Shown here: one piece after another, positions 59,056 through 64,000 of the stretch | How positions within the stretch are numbered: position 1 is the stretch's first letter | Layout: each line of letters opens with the position of its first letter | NCBI RefSeq assembly: GCF_001194135.2 | Contig: NC_069003.1 | Span: 10,353,407 to 10,417,406 of the forward strand | Reading direction: 5' to 3' | Source of the DNA: Octopus bimaculoides | Lineage: Eukaryota | DNA: 64,000 bases | The notes under the pieces: model-generated | What the model saw: the letters and a program-made list of their open reading frames with translations, nothing else | Told to the model about the DNA's origin: nothing | The model's database searches: none | Translations under genes and position numbers: made by a program

Positions 59056-60397
59056 GCATCTTGTTGAACACGTAAGAAAGAGTGAAGGATAAAAGGCTGA
59101 CACAGTTAATTCCCTTAGACCTTTATTCCCTTATTACATAAACAGCGAGCATTCTCTTGCATTGACATGTAAACAAGCACACACACATACATACACACTT
59201 TCTCTCCTTCCCCTCTCCCTCTCTCTATCCCCCTTCTTCTCCATGTAATCTGCCACTAATGGAGGTACTGAGGCACAGACACATTCACCCACTGACACAC
59301 ATACGTAGGTACTCACTCATACACACATAGACACACTTGCATCCGGCTAAAATAAAGCACATATAGACACATACGTACATACTGATAAACATATAACCAC
59401 GTATATACACATGAAGTAGCGCACACGCACACACACGTTCTGTTATATCAATGGTGACTTTGTTTTAAAGATATTCCAAGTCATTGACATTATTTGGAGA
59501 AAGATGACGGAGGAGCTGGGGACAAACAGACAGATAGATGCATGAACAGGCTGACGTATAGACAGACACGCTCAAACATCTATGTAGACCCGTGCACACA
59601 CACAGACAAACACGCATATATATAGACAAACACCCAGACACACACATAGACAATGATGCATAAGTTGACAAACATACATACAGATACACATACGCATACA
59701 CACACAGACAGGCAAACACACACCCATATAGAGGGAGACACACACAAGCATAGAGATATACACACACACACACATAGACTGACATACACACACATAAACT
59801 GACATACACACAGACAGACATGGTGACGCACACACACACACATGCTCACACAGAAATAATCAAATTAATTATCTTAGAACCATTTCGTGTTTGACAAAAA
59901 GATAAATAAATAAATGAACACAAGCCTCAACTCCTTGTGAGTTCATGGTCCTTGTTATCTCTGTGTTATCATCTCTGTTGTTGTTGTTATCAGGTCAACT
60001 TGTTGGTTTGTCTCCTCTACACCACCACCTACTTCACCACTGTACCTGTAATGTGATTGCGAAATGGGTTTTGGTTAATATTGTACTTCTATATCTGTAC
60101 TACTGCAGCCCTCTCTTGATGATTTTGTCTGTCCCTCCCCCTAACCTCCTTCTCTTTGCCTTCCCCCATATAAATATACGTGTGCAAGCACGCACACACA
60201 CACACACATATATATTTATCTACATATATATATATACACATATAGGTGTACATACAAACATACACATATAGGTGTACATACAAACATACACACACTCATA
60301 TATACATACATACATATATGCCTATATATACATAATTCATACACACAATGTATGCAAGTAAACATACATACATGCACATATATATATATATATATAT

Positions 60398-60560
60398 ACT
60401 ACACTCTCAGAGTGGTTGGCGTTAGGAAGAGTATCCAGCTGTAGAAACTCTGCCAAATCAGATTGGAGCCTGGTGTTGCCATCCGGTTTCACCAGTCCTC
60501 AGTCAAATCGTCCAACCCATGCTAGCATGGAAAGCGGACGTTAAACGACGATGATGATGA
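60398..60560 (+). mobile_element. Young short RTE 3' UTR copy
   Basis: CpG-intact tail ending gacgttaaacgacgatgatg. Confidence 0.88.
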
Positions 60561-61254
60561 TAATATATATATATATGAAAAAATGATAAACACAACATGC
60601 AGTTTGTACAGTTGTTCCCTATGCATGTTTCGACATTGTGGCAGTTTATATCCTCTGCTGTTCATAGTGCAACTGAATGCAGTTTCACAACAGTTCTTCA
60701 GAGGAACACTTTCATCTGAAATAACAGTGATTTGCATATTCATGTTAAATTCTGCTGGAACATATTAAGATGCACACATCAGTAAATAATTTGCTAGCTG
60801 AATTTATAAACAAGAACCAGGAGCTCTTCTTAGATTTATTAATCTGGAGAAGCATTGACTGAGGAGACAGAACAATGTCAAAACACCAGATGTTCCAAAG
60901 ATCCTTTACACTAATGAGCAAAGTGTAATGAATGCACATTCAGCTGAAAGGAAAAGTTATTCTCCAGTGATGAAATATAACAGCAATTATCACATTGATG
61001 TCCCAATCTGCCTGAAATGTATCGAGAATGAATACACGAGCCAGCATTCCGAGTCTTGCTGTTCCCTGTGCATACAAGCAGATGATTTGTTAATTTCTAC
61101 AACCGGTCCACACCTCTACTTCACCCGACCTCATACCTGGATGAATTACCTCCCTTCATGAAACAGTGCCACACTTTTAATCACTTGGCTTTGACTCACC
61201 GGTGCCATTAATTGCACTTAAATAACCAATACTTTATCACACTTCCCACACCAA

Positions 61255-61690
61255 GCTACCACCACCACTGCTACTACTACTACCACCTCTACAGCTTCTG
61301 CTACTACCACCATCACCACAACTATTACTACCACCACCACCACTATTCTTACTGTACCACCACCACCACTACTACTACTACCACCACCACCACCACTACT
61401 ATTACCACTACCACCACTACAACTACTACCACCACCACCACTACAACTACTACCACTACTATACCACCACCACTACAACTACCACCACCACTACTTCCAC
61501 CACCACCACCACCACTACTACCACCACCACCACTACTACCACCACCACCACCACTACAACTACTACCACTACTACTACTACCACCACCACCACTACTATT
61601 GTTTTATTGTCACCACTACTACAATGACAACCACCACTACTTCTATTACTATTATCACCACTGCCACCACCACCACCACCACTACTACTG
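61255..61690. repeat. Degenerate (ACC/ACT)n trinucleotide repeat
   Basis: Directly visible. Confidence 0.9.
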
Positions 61691-62084
61691 TTAGCTAGCT
61701 GGTTGGTACATTACCTTTTGCTATTAGCTCTATTAACTAGCAATTAGTAGCTAGCTATCAACTAAACCAGTGGCTCACTTGCACTCACCTTCATTGCTTC
61801 TGTCACCAGCAGAAACCCAATGAGTCAGTCTCTATGTGGAGGTTTTGCTTGCTAGAAATAGTAGCCAAAATCTCCAAAATGATACTCTTACCATGTTAAA
61901 AATAAGATGGAAGGACACGTTAGACTAGCCAATGTAGTTTTTGATATATAATAAGACAGGGAGGTCATGGCCAGAGTGTTTTTGTTTTTTTTTTTTGCTC
62001 ATAGGGTTGATCATTAAGGACAGAGTTGAGGCTAAATACATGCCACACAAACAACAATAACAACAACAACACCTACAATCATCA

Positions 62085-62480
62085 TCATCATCATCATCGT
62101 CATTTAACGTCCGCTTTCCATGCCAGCATGGGTTGGACAATTTGACTGAGGACTGGTGGAACCCGAAGGCTACACCAGGCTCCAATCTGATTTGGCAGAG
62201 TTTCTACAGCTGGATGCCCTTCCTAATGCCAACCACTCCGAGAGTGTAGTAGGTGCTTTTACGTGTCACCGGCACGAAGGCCAGTCAGGCGATACTGGCA
62301 ACAGCCACGCTCAAATGGTGTTTTTTAACTGCCACCCGCACAAGAGCCAATCTAGGGGCACTGGCAACGATCTCGCTCGAAAGTCCTTACGTATGCCACG
62401 GGCACAGGTGCCATCCCGATTTCACTTTCGCTTGCCCCAATAAGTCTTCTCAAGCTGAGTTTCATGTCCGATGAAGAAGA
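62085..62480 (-). mobile_element. RTE 3' UTR copy
   Basis: Same tail motif. Confidence 0.85.
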
Positions 62481-62559
62481 CGACGTTGGCATGAGTGCCA
62501 GACGTCAAATTTAACTCGATTTCGATAATAACTATCATTATTGGAATCACTGCCATGAC

Positions 62560-63425
62560 CACCACCCTCTATGCTATCATCACAACCACTGCTTCCCTAA
62601 GATTACCACCACCTCCACAAGACTCCGCCACCACCACCACTACTGCAACTATTGCCCGCTACTACCTACACTACAACGTCCTGAGACGATCACCACTCCC
62701 ATTACTACTACTGCCACCAACACTGCAACTGTTGGCCACCACTAGCATTACTACAACCACCACCCAAGACTAACATCACTTTCAAAACTACTACCACCAC
62801 CTCTACCACTACCAACACTACAACCATCACTTCTTTCACAGACACTAGCCACCACTGCCATAACTTACTAGTACTACTAATACTACTACCACCATAACCA
62901 CCGCAATCAACCGTCATGACCATCAACACCATCTGTACTACTGTCATTACTACAGCCCAACTTTAGTACCACCACCACTACCATTCAGTGCTACCTTCAT
63001 TACTTTCAGTATCATCATCAAAACAGCTACCATTACAACTACTATCTCTGTCACTATCACCACTACCACTATCACCACCACTACCACTATCACCACCACC
63101 ACCACTATCACCACCACCACCATCGCCACCACCACCGCTAACACAACTACCACCAACACCACTTTCATCATCACTGTCACAACCACCACCAAAACTGCAA
63201 CCACCACTACCATTACAACAGTCATCACCTCTACGACTTTCACTATCACCACCACAACCCCTGCTATCACCATCAGCACCACTATCACAAACACCACCAC
63301 CTCCACCGGCACCATTATTGTCATTACCGTCACTACTACTACTACCATCCAGTAGTACCACCACCACCACCACCGCCAGCTCTACCACTATCACTACCAC
63401 CCAGTACTACCACCACCACCATTAC
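62560..63425. repeat. Long degenerate (ACC/ACT/ATC)n repeat
   Basis: Period-3 structure with phase slips and stops. Confidence 0.85.
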
Positions 63426-63450
63426 ACTGTGTTCCCCACCTAATCAACAG

Positions 63451-63527
63451 TACCTTGACTGAGACAGTCACCTTAACATTGTCAAGACATGGAACAACGA
63501 CGAAAGACCTGTGCAGAACTTTTCGAG
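63451..63527 (+). CDS. Candidate exon (MEQRRKTCAELFE from ATG 63489)
   Basis: ctaatcaacAG acceptor, gacATGg context, GAG/GTatga donor; unique sequence between microsatellites; no homology recognised. Confidence 0.22.
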
Positions 63528-64000
63528 GTATGAAAACATTTCTCATTTGTTTTTTAATTGAAGTTTATTAATTTAAACATAAGTGATGTTACTGTCATTC
63601 ATTAATCAGCATGTACACACACACACACACTTTTTTACACATATAGGTGTGTGTGTGTGTATATATTTATTGTGTATTGTTTATCAGTATAAACATGTTT
63701 GTGTGTTGTTTATTAATGTGCTCACACACAGACACACACTTTTATATAAACAATAAATTATACACACACACATATATCTGCTAATTAATATTTATACGTA
63801 TTAGTAAAGAGTATATATATAATACAAATAATATGTGAGTATATGTATATATACGTACATGTATGTACAAATTTACATCTACATGTATATATAGATGCAC
63901 AGGACGTCATAAAAAAATGTGGAGAAAATGATAAACAGAGCACAATATATATGTGTGTGTGTGTGTGTAGAATATGTGGGGTTTAGTTCACTTGTGATCA

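Noticed and set aside
60600-61200. Unique-looking segment with 60-77 aa ORFs on both strands
   Set aside because: No recognisable domain, stops in all frames, no good splice pair.
61212-63443. Thr/Pro/Val-rich ORFs resembling a mucin
   Set aside because: Degenerate (ACC/ACT)n repeats; the Thr frame slips phase and hits TAG near 63350; no signal peptide or convincing splice context.

Overview
Repeat-dense eukaryotic genomic DNA with nine N gaps. The SINE/LINE/MITE complement and microsatellite density point to an octopus (inference). Two intron-rich genes lie on the + strand. (1) The 3' end of an ADAMTS2/3/14-clade metalloprotease gene: spacer, TSP1 repeats and PLAC in six visible exons (126-9892); one TSR exon is probably hidden in the gap at 8115-9023. 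(2) A FAF2/UBXD8 gene: UBA-like, membrane hairpin, UAS, coiled coil and UBX in 14 exons (17552-48546), with exon 7 cut by a gap. Weak exon candidates for a third gene lie at 56.4 kb and 63.5 kb. The rest is mostly tRNA-derived SINEs (at least 4 families), RTE/CR1/RLE LINE fragments, a dead Tc1 transposon, and nested piggyBac-like and hAT MITEs. Most interesting: four 150-300 bp fold-back elements of unrelated sequence share one architecture, with the apex just 5' of a hammerhead-ribozyme-like core (clear in three, weak in one; Penelope/retrozyme-like). Also notable are a stem-loop array 3' of FAF2 and a genomic FPK where the UBX FPR motif is expected, a candidate A-to-I recoding site. All family names come from recalled motifs, not database searches.
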